From: Octopus bimaculoides
Taxonomy: Eukaryota
DNA length: 50,887 bases
NCBI RefSeq assembly: GCF_001194135.2
Contig: NC_068981.1
Location: 181,904,240-181,955,126 of the forward strand
Direction: 5' to 3'
Shown here: piece after piece, positions 24,293 to 38,000 of the stretch
Position numbering within the stretch: the stretch's first letter is position 1
Layout: the number at the start of each line of letters is the position of its first letter
Program-made: the position numbers and the translations under genes
Notes under the pieces: generated by a model
Database searches by the model: none
What the model saw: the letters and a program-made list of their open reading frames with translations, nothing else
Told to the model about the DNA's origin: nothing

Positions 24293-27200
24293 NNNNNNNN
24301 NNNNNNNNNNNNNNNNNNNNNNNNNNNNNNNNNNNNNNNNNNNNNNNNNNNNNNNNNNNNNNNNNNNNNNNNNNNNNNNNNNNNNNNNNNNNNNNNNNNN
24401 NNNNNNNNNNNNNNNNNNNNNNNNNNNNNNNNNNNNNNNNNNNNNNNNNNNNNNNNNNNNNNNNNNNNNNNNNNNNNNNNNNNNNNNNNNNNNNNNNNNN
24501 NNNNNNNNNNNNNNNNNNNNNNNNNNNNNNNNNNNNNNNNNNNNNNNNNNNNNNNNNNNNNNNNNNNNNNNNNNNNNNNNNNNNNNNNNNNNNNNNNNNN
24601 NNNNNNNNNNNNNNNNNNNNNNNNNNNNNNNNNNNNNNNNNNNNNNNNNNNNNNNNNNNNNNNNNNNNNNNNNNNNNNNNNNNNNNNNNNNNNNNNNNNN
24701 NNNNNNNNNNNNNNNNNNNNNNNNNNNNNNNNNNNNNNNNNNNNNNNNNNNNNNNNNNNNNNNNNNNNNNNNNNNNNNNNNNNNNNNNNNNNNNNNNNNN
24801 NNNNNNNNNNNNNNNNNNNNNNNNNNNNNNNNNNNNNNNNNNNNNNNNNNNNNNNNNNNNNNNNNNNNNNNNNNNNNNNNNNNNNNNNNNNNNNNNNNNN
24901 NNNNNNNNNNNNNNNNNNNNNNNNNNNNNNNNNNNNNNNNNAACTATGCTAGTGTTGCGTATTTTTAGACATAACAATGAAGTCAATATATGTAGGTGTA
25001 GGCATGGTTGTGTGGTTATGAAGCTCACTTTACAATCATGTGATTTAGAGTTCAGTCCCACTGCACGGCACCTTGGGAAAGTGCCTTCTACTACAGCCCC
25101 AGGCTGACCAATGCCTTGTAAGTGAATTTAGTCTGGTCGATGGAAATTGTGTGAAAGCCTACCATAACTGTAAGTGTGGCTGTTACTAGTGTCATGTAAT
25201 TGGCCCCTGTGCCAGTGGCATGTAAAAAAGCACCCATTACACACTTGGAGTGGTTGGCATTGGGAAGGGCATTCAGCTGTAGAAACTATGCCATATCAGA
25301 TTGGAACCTGATGCAGCTCTCCAGCTTACTAGTTCCAGTGAAACTATCTGACCCATGCCAGCATGGAAAGCGGACGTTAAATGATGATGATGATGATGAT
25401 ATGTATGTATTTATATATAGAATGCGTATATTTGTCTCTCACCACCACTTGGTAACTGGTGCTGGTTTGTTTACATCCCTGTAACCTATCAGTTTAGCAA
25501 AAGACTACAACAGAATAAGTACCAGTCTTAAAAATGAGTACTTGGGTTGATTTGTTTGAGTAAACACTTTGAGGGAGTGAAGGGCTCAGCATAGTTACAA
25601 TCCAATGATTGAAACAAGTAAAAATAAAGATATGTAGCAACTGAGAAACTTGTTGTTGTTGTCCAACTCTAGATCAACCTTAATTGCACTGACTCGTGGT
25701 CAAAGATATTCCAGCCATGTCTATTATGGTTTTCTTCCGAGACTACATTCAACGTGTCTTTCCTGTTTTAAAACGAGTGCAATTTGAGGGACATTTAGTT
25801 GATATTTTTTAGCTAGTTGACCATGCTCATTGATGTTTTCTCCTTAGTTCAGCAGGATAAGCAATAATGTATGTAAAGAGATGAACAATGTTGTTTGCTA
25901 GAGTTTCTGGAGAGATGGACGTGTGGTTCACCTGAGTATCCGGAGAGACAAACAGTGTGGTTCTGCTGGAGCAGCTTGAGAAACATAGTGTAGTTGAGTG
26001 GAGTATCATCATCATCATTGTTTAACGTCTGCTTTCCATGCTAGCATGGGTTGGACGATTTGACTGAGGACTGGTGAACCAGATGGCTACACCAGGCTCC
26101 AATCTGATTTGGCAGTTTCTACAGCTGGATGCCCTTCCTAACGCCAACCACTCCGAGAGTGTAGTGGGTGCTTTTTACGTGCCACCGGCACGAAGGCCAG
26201 TCAGGCGGTACTGTCAACGACCACACTCAAAATGGTGTATTTTACGTGCCACCTGCACAGGAGCCAGTCCAGTGGCACTGGCAACGATCTCGCTCGAATG
26301 TCTTGTGTGGTGTATTAAAATATCTGGAGAGATGGATAAGGTGGTACAGCAGACTGTGGAGAGATGATTGAATTAGTTCATCAGACTAGCCAGCTCGCTT
26401 GCTAGTCTGTGCTGGTGAAGCATTTATGGAATTGATTTGCTTCTGGCTGATCTGAAAATGGTAAATAAAGAGACCCAGATAACATTTACAACATATAGAT
26501 CTATGCATGTGACTCTCTGAGTATCATGAGGAGGAAATGTTGCTTTTTAGTAAATGAATTAACAGTGCAGTGCTGCAGCATGTATTGTAAAGTGACTGTT
26601 TCATACATTTGACACAGTCCAGTGAATAGAAGTAAATAAATGAATAATAAATAAATAACATGATGGATGATGTAATAAAAGTAATGTAAGCCAGAACAGA
26701 CAATAAAAGAAATAATACATTATATATTTGCTTAATCCCTTGTTGAGCAGAGTGGCGCAGTTGAAGTGTAATGGGCTCATAACACTGGGGTTCTGTAGAT
26801 CGAAACCACACTCTGCAAAGAAATGGAGACTATTTTCAATATTTATTTATTGCATCTGAGTTGTCTGCAAATATACCAACCATATATACATTTATATCTA
26901 TCTACAGGAGTAGATACAAATTATATTATGCAACAAAAATCTATATAGAGCCAAGGGATTATTGACTGACCTGGGTACACCAAAACTCAAGTAATGGGGT
27001 ATATAGCTTAGTATATAGGATCATCTTGGAAGATGAACACTGCAGTTTGCCAAAGTATCTGAAGAGACAAATGATGTGGCTTAAGTGTGGTTTGCCTGAG
27101 TATGTGAATAGATGACCAGAACAGTTTGCTAGAGTATCTCAACAGACAATCCCAACTATTTTGCTCCAAGTTATTCATGACTATACATATAGTACTTCAA

Positions 27201-27487
27201 GATGTTACTTTTGTCACATATTGCATGCTCATCATCAATTATCTTCCATCTCATTTTGTTGCATTATTTCTTCACATTGTATTTGTAATAACTTACTTGC
27301 TGGCCTGGGTTCATAGAATTGTTTGCTGCATTAAAATATTAAAATGGCAGCATTAACTAACAGAAGTGTTAGTTGCCTACTAGACACCAGATGTAAAGAT
27401 ATTTTGGCCATTTATTCTCTGATTCTATCCTCATAGATTTGAGAAAAAAAAATTTCATATTTGTATCTTGAATAACTTTTCACTCTT

Positions 27488-27554
<67 letters not shown>

Positions 27555-29872
27555 ATGGGAGATATCAGAAGTGTTTATTGAATTTAGTGTACTATTTGTA
27601 GTTAGATGAATAAGATGCCAGGTAAATTACTAAAACAGATAGGAAAAATGGGTGGGGTTGGGGACTAATGAAAAAAAGCACAAAATAGCAATTTGAGAAA
27701 TGTATTTATAAAGTAAAATAAAATAGAAGCAACTTAGAAATGCAGAATGTGTTAATTATAAATTGAGAGCTACATTTGTGGAATGGCTGCCATTAAGAAA
27801 GAATTGAATGGCATTATAGGATATGTGATGCTTAGTATCTAAGATGAAAACCCAGAGAAACGTTATAATGGTGTGTATAGGATTTATAATGTGTATAAAT
27901 GTGGAATGGCACTACTTGTAATATTTTGTCTCAGAGAAATTTTCTCAATGGCTTGTGTGTTAAAACACAGGGCTTCGATCAGAATGCTGGTGGATCACCA
28001 GACAATGCTTTGACCTGATTTGGTCTCCTCACTGATGAATACCTCAGATATCCTGAACCAAGCCAAAAATGCTTTGTTTCACTTGAAAAATTGATAATGT
28101 ATTGTGTGCAATCTAGCCAGGCTAGAAACGAGTTAATATATGCATGTGAAACAGCCTCAAATTAATACTAGTGGTATAATATTTTTAGAATATGATGAAA
28201 ATTGAAGGCTATTTGGATGCTATATTTTTGTCAGCTGAGTAGATATTGTGAGGCACATAAAGATGTACTAAAGAGAGCCTTTGGTATTTAAACTGGCTGT
28301 GTCCACCCCAGCTATTTTACCTGTTTTATGTTCAAACCAGACAGATTTGGCTTCTCACACTTACCTCACAATGTCATTCTAAAAATAAACAATCACATCA
28401 TTAAAATTTCAAGGCTACAAGATAATACATGATTAATTCAAAACAATGTGAATAAATAAGCATTACATTTGACAGAGAAATCTGAATGCTAAAGGGTTAA
28501 ATTACATACTTTCAACAGAAAGTGAGAGGGATGTTTAGTAGCAGTGTTTGACTATCCAAATCAGCAATCCAGTATACTAATATTGTTGAGCTAATCCTGG
28601 TATGCAATCTTATTATTTCCTTTACATGTATATAACTTGTACTGATGTAGGTACTCAGTATTGTTAATGATAAAAATTTCAGTGGATCAGTGGAACATTG
28701 TACTTAAGATTTGAACATTAAAGGTATTGATACTGTATCATGATCAGCTGTACCTCTGAAGGTGGGCTCATTTCAGTTTTGTGCCTAATGAAACCAGGTA
28801 TACACAAGCGGGTAGTAAAGAGTATTAAATTACCAAATGATGTTTAACAATGGTAAGAATTGACATTTGTGTAGAATTAAAATTTAAAGACTTGCACTTA
28901 AAAAATTTTTTTTCTTTTTTAATGCAACTTTTAGAAGTTTTATGTTTGAGTTGCTGCTAAAATGATTAACTGAAGTAGAGGCTTTAATTATTAATGGTGC
29001 TTCAAGTAAAGAAAATATCTAACGAGGGGTTAGATATTGCTTATCAGGAAACATCCTGATGTTATGGAAACATGAGAAGTAACACTAGGTCAAAAGGCCT
29101 AAGATAAAGAAAACTGGAAACTCTTAGGTGAGGTGACAGTTTGGAAGAAGCTATTTTAGATTCCTCTCACTCTTCACATCATCAGACACTGACTGCTTAT
29201 TTGATCATGATGTAATATCGACAGTTCATATCAGCATATCTAAACTAAGGTTTTTAATTTATCTTTTCAGCATGTGAGCAATGATATCTTTTGGTTTTAC
29301 ATAATAGAGATTGGCTACTACCTCTCCAGTTTGGTGCTTCATTTCACAGATGTGCGTCGAAAGGTAAAAAGCATTTACATATTTGTTATTAAGTGCCATG
29401 TCGTAATTTTTTCTTCAACATTTTTGTCCAGAACTAGGCTTCTGGCTCCTATAGTGTAAAGGACTACAAAGAAGAAGAAAGGGAGTTTACAAATTCAAAG
29501 GATGTTGACTACCCAAAAGCTTAAAGGATTGAATATCATGGACTAGAGGAAAACAAGACAATGGTAACAAGTTCCAGAGAACAGCAGTTCAAAGAAAGAA
29601 GCTAACAGAATAAAAGACATATGACTAAGAGGAAGATCAACAGAGAAATGATGCACTTGGGAAGAGGAGTGACACTTACTGGTCTAATACTCTCTGCCAA
29701 GACCTTTAAGTTTATCTGAGTAATGATCATGGAAATATCTATGGAGAAGACATATATACATATATCATCATCATCGTTTAACGTCCGCTTTCCATGCTAG
29801 CATGGGTTGGACGATTTGACTGAGGACTGGTGAAACCGGATGGCAACACCAGGCTCCAATCTAATTTGGCAG

Positions 29873-29916
<44 letters not shown>

Positions 29917-31896
29917 GTATGTCTATATATATTACATTTGGAATTTACTCTTGTATTTATTATTTACAGGACTTTTGGGAACTCTTCATTCACCATATTA
30001 TAACTTTATTGTTGCTGACTTTCTCATGGATTCAGAATATGATCAGAGTTGGTACTTTGGTGCTAGTAATTCATGACACTGTTGATCCCCTTGTAGAGGT
30101 AAGTGTCTTACATTTTTTGTCATGTTGGGATATTCGTTCATATTTCAGTTCAAATTGCCTTTTTATTTTTTTCTTTCTTATAAAATTCACTTCTCTTTTT
30201 TAACAACGATATGTTTATCAAATGGTACATTGATTAATCTTCCTTGCAGAAATACACATCAGTGAAACTATGGCTGTATCTATACTTTAAGTATTGAGTA
30301 TTTTCATGTGTAGACCTCAATGGTGCCAGTGATATGAGAAAAAAGTACCCAGTTACACTCTGTAAAATGGTTGACATTTGGAAGGGCATCCAGCTGTAGA
30401 AGCCAAGGCAGATACTGGACCTTGGCACACCAGCCTCTAACAAACATTCTAGTCCATGCCAGCAAAGAAAATAGATGTTAAAGGATGATCTAAACAGGAT
30501 CTTTTTATGGTTTAGTTAAAGGAGAAGGCAAGGAAGTTAACCTCAGGTTGGAGATCTGATCTGAATATTTGCAACAGACTGGACTCCTAAAGGCATCTGT
30601 GAATCCAGTTTAAACAGGGTGTCAGATTGAGCCCTATCACCCACACACATGAACAGCTCTTCCGATCTAGTTTCACACAGTTTCTTGCTAACACTGGTCC
30701 AAAGTGCTGTGTAGAAGTATTAAACCTCAAATCCTTGTCATTGCAAAGTACACTTCTTAACCACACAGTCACTCCTGCTCATTTCTTGTCAATAATCACA
30801 CAGCAAATGGTAAGCATCAGGATAGCCTTCATAGAATGAGGTTTCAATTTCCAACTTTAGTTGAAGCAGAAATTACTTTTGAGTAGGGTATAGACATCAC
30901 AATGTATACTTGTAATCCCCTAAAACTTCAAGCCCTTAGGTGAACATAGATTTATTTAACTGACTTCCATAGGTTACAGTTCTTCTACCAACCTTCTTCA
31001 TGCAGTATTAATTTCAGTATGCCAGAAATTATGTGTACATGTTTGCATTAATGTGTGCTCAAGCATTATACAATACAGTTGTATATTCACAAATTAATGC
31101 AAATAAAGAAAGCTAGCTCATCACATCACCAGAACATCATAGTTACATCAACAGTTCAACTCTAAATATTCTGTTATGGGAGAATCCTGAACACCCCCAC
31201 ATGACTGAAGGTGGACTGATTACAATAAATAAGAACTGAGTGAACTGTCAAGGGGGTACTTGACAGTATTAGTTCAACCGTGTTGGTTTATTGTTAGTTC
31301 AATGTGTGTTGGTTTAACAGTCAGTAGCTGAACAGTGTATACTGAATATCACACCTGTGTTCGAGTACATGGAGTGATTTCTGTGTTAACATAAATATTC
31401 TGTAAAAGGTTATTTTAGATAACCAGGACCAACTATTTAGTTGTGTGACACTGTTTTATACCAGAGGTGTATACCTGCATCATAACATAGTCACACAAAA
31501 TTCACTCCTTATATACACAGTGAATGGAAGGTTGGAACTGGACCATGGTGTTCTGGTGGTCTGATGAACTAGCTTTCTTTATTTCTATTTATTTGTGAAT
31601 ATACAATTGTATTTGTATAATACTGAGCATACATATTACTGCAAACATGTTTGCATAATTTCTTGTATACTGAAATTAATACTGCATGAAGAAAGCTGCA
31701 AAACATAAACGTCACCGACTGCTATCACGAGTAATTACTCGTGGCACGTGCCTGATATACATTTATAGATATGTACATTGTCATCATTTAATGTCCATGT
31801 TCCGTGCTGGCATGTGCTGGATGGTCTTACAGGTTTTGATGTGTCCAGGGGCTGTATTCAGTTTCAGTGTCTACACGCACATACATACATACATAC

Positions 31897-31929
<33 letters not shown>

Positions 31930-34900
31930 TGTATATATATATACATATACACAACGGGCTTCTTTCAGTTTCCGTCTACCAAATCCACTCACAAGGCTTT
32001 GGTCGGCCTGAGGCTATAGTAGAAGACACTTGACCAAGGTGCCACGCAGTGGGACTGAACTCAGAACCATGTGGTTAGTAAGCAAGCTACTTACCACACA
32101 GCCACTCCTGCGCCTATAACTGATAAATTAAACCATGCTTAAAGTAAATTTTGGGGCTGATTTGTTCAACTAAAACCCTTCAAGATGGTGCCCCAGCATG
32201 GCCACAGTCCAATGACTGAAACAGGTTAAAAAAGTGACATTGTAACTGAATTTTCTTAAATTAGTTTATCAAATTATTTTTAATGGTAATGTTTATCGTA
32301 TCTTGGGAGGGTCATTTTGCCAACAATAAGCACATGCACTGGTTCAGTTTCACTTCTTTATTAATCAGTTGGTTAGTTCTTTAACTACTTGCTTAATTAA
32401 TCTATCGGTTGTTTGTCAGAGTCCTTTCTTTGTCATTCATGGCTTTATAAATGATAATGTCCTCTCTCCTCCTGGTCAGCTTCAAATCTGTCCTCCAGTT
32501 AATATTTATAGAATTATTAGTATGTCAGGTAAAATGCTTAGCAGCATTTCATCTGTCTACGTGTTCTGAGTTCAAATGCTACCAAGGTTGACTTTGCCTT
32601 TCAGCCTTTCGGGGTTGATAAAATAAGTACCAGTTAAGCACTGGGGTTGTTGTAATTGACTTAGGCCCTCCCCCTAAATTGCTGGCCTTGTGCCAAAATT
32701 CGAAATCAATATTTAGATAGCTGTATGGTCATGTACATGAAAAGGAGAGAGAGAAAGGAAGTGATTGTGCGTGCATATGCGTGTGTGACTGTGCATGTGT
32801 ATGTGGGTGTGAATTTGTGTGTGTGTATTCTTAAAAGTGTTAAGCTATTAATAAATGGAGTTTTAGGTGAAATGTTTTGACAAGATAAAATTTAGGTTTC
32901 GAACTAGTTGTGATGAATGACAGAAAAAAAAAATGCTTCCGCCAAACTTCTACTCTCTGTGATTGTAATTAGATAAAATTGAATGTTTTCCTTAATTTCA
33001 ATTTATATTTTGTTTCTTTATTTCCATATCTATCTTATCTAACTTTTAAAGTTTGCTATTGGCCACATTTGAAAGAAAAAAATAACACAGTAGATAGTAA
33101 CTGGGGTTAGTTAGTTTTTTTCTTGTAAATTTGATATTTTGATAGTAGACATGTTTCTTTTTTTATTTGCAAATCTATTGGGTTGGCAACTAAGTTCCAG
33201 CCGTTTCTTTTGAATAAAAATTTTTTTGAAAGGTTTAATAAAAAATAACAACTAATTATTCAATAATGTATTCACCCTTGTTGTTTACAACTTCTTCCCA
33301 ACGTTCAACAAGATTTTCAATACTTCGTTGGCAGAAATCACCCGATTTCCAATCAAAAAATTGATCCAACCAAGCTCTTAATTCTGCATCAGTATTGAAT
33401 GAAACTCCATGCATAGCATTTGAAAGAGATCAAAAGAGGTGGAAATCCATTGGCGCCAAATCAGGAGAGTACAGCGATATGGCAGCACTTCCCAGCCATG
33501 AGTTTGAATGGCTTCCTTGGTCATATTGGTGATTTGAGGGTGGGCGTTGTCATGCAGCAGAAGAACTCCATGCTGCTGATTAAGTTTTTTCTCTTGAATA
33601 GCCGTGTTGAGTTGTTACATCTGTTGAACATAGAGTTCCATGTTGACCGTTTGGTTCCGTTCAAGCAATTCGTAATGGATAATCCCTTCCCAGTCCCACC
33701 ATATGCACAACATCGTTTTACGCAGATGAGGATCTTGTTTCACGCGTGGTGTCACTTGTTTACTGGGGCTAAGCCATTCCTTACGCTGCTTCATATTGAT
33801 GTACAGGCACTATTTTTCGTTGCCAGTAACGATTCAGTAAAGAAATTGTTGCTTGTGTCCATGAGTTGAGCTGTGACGAGCAAGCAAACCAGCTGAGATT
33901 GTGGCTCGTTGATTTTTGTTGTTGTCACATAAAGCATGTGGAACCCATGCTCCATACTTCTGAACCTTTCCCATAGAGTGAAGATGCTTCTCTATAGCAG
34001 TGTGGGAGCATTCCATTTTCTCTGCCAATTCCCTTGTTGTTTGACAAGTATTTTCATGCAAAAGTTGGTTTAATCACTTTTCACCGAACTCAACTGGACG
34101 GCCAAAACGAGGTATGCCTTTGAGGTCAAANNNNNNNNNNNNNNNNNNNNNNNNNNNNNNNNNNNNNNNNNNNNNNNNNNNNNNNNNNNNNNNNNNNNNN
34201 NNNNNNNNNNNNNNNNNNNNNNNNNNNNNNNNNNNNNNNNNNNNNNNNNNNNNNNNNNNNNNNNNNNNNNNNNNNNNNNNNNNNNNNNNNNNNNNNNNNN
34301 NNNNNNNNNNNNNNNNNNNNNNNNNNNNNNNNNNNNNNNNNNNNNNNNNNNNNNNNNNNNNNNNNNNNNNNNNNNNNNNNNNNNNNNNNNNNNNNNNNNN
34401 NNNNNNNNNNNNNNNNNNNNNNNNNNNNNNNNNNNNNNNNNNNNNNNNNNNNNNNNNNNNNNNNNNNNNNNNNNNNNNNNNNNNNNNNNNNNNNNNNNNN
34501 NNNNNNNNNNNNNNNNNNNNNNNNNNNNNNNNNNNNNNNNNNNNNNNNNNNNNNNNNNNNNNNNNNNNNNNNNNNNNNNNNNNNNNNNNNNNNNNNNNNN
34601 NNNNNNNNNNNNNNNNNNNNNNNNNNNNNNNNNNNNNNNNNNNNNNNNNNNNNNNNNNNNNNNNNNNNNNNNNNNNNNNNNNNNNNNNNNNNNNNNNNNN
34701 NNNNNNNNNNNNNNNNNNNNNNNNNNNNNNNNNNNNNNNNNNNNNNNNNNNNNNNNNNNNNNNNNNNNNNNNNNNNNNNNNNNNNNNNNNNNNNNNNNNN
34801 NNNNNNNNNNNNNNNNNNNNNNNNNNNNNNNNNNNNNNNNNNNNNNNNNNNNNNNNNNNNNNNNNNNNNNNNNNNNNNNNNNNNNNNNNNNNNNNNNNNN

Positions 34901-34997
34901 NNNNNNNNNNNNNNNNNNNNNNNNNNNNNNNNNNNNNNNNNNNNNNNNNNNNNNNNNNNNNNNNNNNNNNNNNNNNNNNNNNNNNNNNNNNNNNNNN

Positions 34998-35036
<39 letters not shown>

Positions 35037-38000
35037 ATAGCGGGAGAACAGAATGAAGTAAACAATGTGATTGCAGAATACCAAAAGCGCAAGTTTTGCT
35101 GGGCCAGATATGTCGCAAGGTTCACAGACAACAGGTAGACTTGTGCAGTTACTGGGTGGTATCCAAGAGTTTGGAGAAGGCCTCCACGACAACAGGAAGA
35201 TGAGCTGGTCAAGTAATCTGGATCAAGATGGAAAAGAATGGCACAAACAAGTCTTAAGTGGAAGCATATTGCGGCCAGCTGTGGATAACAGCATTTGATG
35301 GTCTGGTCAATACTGTGGTGTGTGTGTGCGTGTGTGCGTGTGCGTGCGTGCGTGCGTGCGTGCGCTCGCTCTTGTCTAGATATCATGTGATATAAATGAG
35401 CATCACTGTCATACAAGAGATGTTTGTTTGTTTGCAGTCTTCCTTGAGAGACATGTCTATCTATGAGTAAAATTTTGCCTTGCTTAGAAACAGGTGAGCT
35501 GGCAGGATTGTTACTCTGCCAGACAGAATGCTTAGTCATATTTCTTCCAGTTCTGTACTTTCTGAGTACAAATTCTGCCATGGTTGACCTTGCCTTTCAT
35601 CCTTTCAGGTTCAATAAAATAAGTACCAGTTAAGCACTGGGGTTAATATAATCAACTTACCCCCACCTCCTAAAATTGCTGGCCTCATCCCAGAATTTGA
35701 AGCCATTATTATTATCATTATTTATTTTCCCTGTAGTTATTCCATCTTATCCTTCTCGACATCTGCTCTTAAACACAAAAATATTCTTATAATTTCCTTT
35801 TCTTTTCTTCACAGTCTGCTAAAATGGCGAAATACTGTGGCAAGCTAGTTATGTGCGACATACTTTTTGTTGTTTTTGCTAGCACTTGGTTTATTACAAG
35901 GCTTGTGATATTTCCATGGAGGTAAGTACCAGTCTTCACTTTTCTGGAAATAACTTTATAAGCTTGAATGAAAAACATTTAATTTCACATCGCTTCAAAT
36001 GGAGGTTGGTGGTGGTGGTGATGTTAATGATGAAGTTGGTAGCATTTGTTTACCATATCCTCTATCCTTGATCATTATTCTAATCCTCCTTAAGGTACTG
36101 TGTAAAACTGTGAAATTAGTCAAAATTGCGAACTTAAAATTCACTGACTTTATTACACCTACTTCTCATTTATGACTCTTTTAAAAACTTTCTTGCTGAC
36201 TGCAATCTGCAGGTCTGCTTAGAGATTCACGTATTTCTTAGATCTTGTGTTGATAAACAAGATAGTTGGATGTAGATTTTCTTAAGGATGTCATTACAAA
36301 TGGAATGAGGATGTTGTTCTTGATCATAATCTCTTAAAGTTCTCTCTGCACTAAATGAAATAAAGTTAGTTTCAAAGTTAATGGATAATTTTATTCTGAA
36401 AACCAAAATGTTACTACAATGTATATTTCCTTCTCTTGTCGCATTTTTGAAAATATCATCTTGCACCCCTAGGAGATGTTGGCTCCCCAGAGTGGGAATC
36501 CCTGCTTTACACATCCTACTATTCAATATATATATATATATATTTATTTTAACATTCTTCACGTTTATATTCCTGGGTTTTAATTATTTATTTCCCTGTA
36601 TTGTCATTTGGCAGTACTTTAGTTAAACTGTATTATTTTAATATTTCAAGTGAGAAATCCGGTTGATCCTCCTACATATTTGTAATCTTAGGGCTGAAGA
36701 GATAATTTTGTGCTTCTGCCCTCACTCATTGTGAAGGTTTAGTTAAAACACTCCATAATAGTGATAAATGAATCATCTCCATGCACTTAGTAAATGGAAC
36801 AAATGGTTGATTCATTGACACCAAACTCGTGGTCCACAGCAGCAAAGCTTCCACTGTCATATATTTTCCTGTTCATCTCTACCTTTTCCTGTTCATCTCT
36901 ACCTTTTCCTGTAGAGAATAACACTTGTTTACTTCATTGGTTAGAGTCAGGTGCCTTCATATTTATGCTGTTCACTGTTCTCATGTTGATGTGTGCAAGT
37001 ACATAAATCCATATTTAAAAAAATGAGCAGCTATACAGCTTGGTCATGTAAACAGAAGTGGTAGTCAGTGCATTCTGAGTAATTGACCATTGCAGGTGGT
37101 CACTGGGCACTTTTGGGGGAGGGGGGAACAAGCAAGATCTTTGACTGATTTCCAATTTGTGTTATCACAGATCAATCTGTGAAAAGCACATGGTTCAAAA
37201 TTGAGTGTACCATGTTATGCTTATCACAGATAAATATAACATTAATGATTATAAATCAGTGATAAACAAGGTCACAAGTACTGGGTTTTTTTTTTGGCAG
37301 GTGTGGTAAATTTGACATGTCTTTTTTATGTTTGTTGTCAGTGTATAAAGTAAAGGCTTCTTAAGACTATTCTCAGTTGAAGAAGAGTTTCCAGCATTTT
37401 TGTGAGGAATTACACCATCCTGTAGAAATATTTTCTTTGCTTTAAAATGCAGATTTTTCTCTGGTTCAGAATATCGAATTCTTGAATTTGACTTTAAAGC
37501 CAAAAGTTCAAACTAGAAGCCATTAGATTACCATTTATTTTATTTTGTTCTGTCTGGTGTTTGCCACCAGATGGTGCTCGATTCTCTTCATGTTCCATCA
37601 TTGGAACTTGGCAGACAACAGTGTCTGCCAAATTTCAATGGCAAGCCGAATAACTTGATTTCTCATGAATGATGTAATAGTTTGATAATTTCATATCTTG
37701 CCAGAGAATATTTGGCTAAATACTGGTCATAAAATTCTGAAAGTTACTCCTCCACAAACAGTGCAACTTCATGTAACTATGTCTATTCTAATACAATATT
37801 GTTATAGTTTAATTCTCATTACTAATATTCAAACTTTTGTTAGAAACAATCATTAATATTCAGTGTTTATCAGTAAATTGTTACAAAAAAAATAAAATGA
37901 TAAATAAAATAAATGACCAATTATTACGAGGGAGAAATTGTAATTATTCATTGCATTTTTTAATTTGCTTAATGACCTCAAGAAATTCTCAAATTTTAAG

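Noticed and set aside
33420-33869. 149-aa plus-strand ORF
   Set aside because: Antisense shadow of the mariner transposase
4063-35581. Long ORFs in the track containing X runs (e.g. 503 aa at 34070-35581, 349 aa at 10865-11914, 336 aa at 24051-25061)
   Set aside because: They are open only because N-gaps and microsatellites lack stop codons
36862-36910. 20-bp tandem repeat (ttttcctgttcatctctacc, about 2.4 copies)
   Set aside because: Ordinary slippage duplication with no spacers; not CRISPR-like
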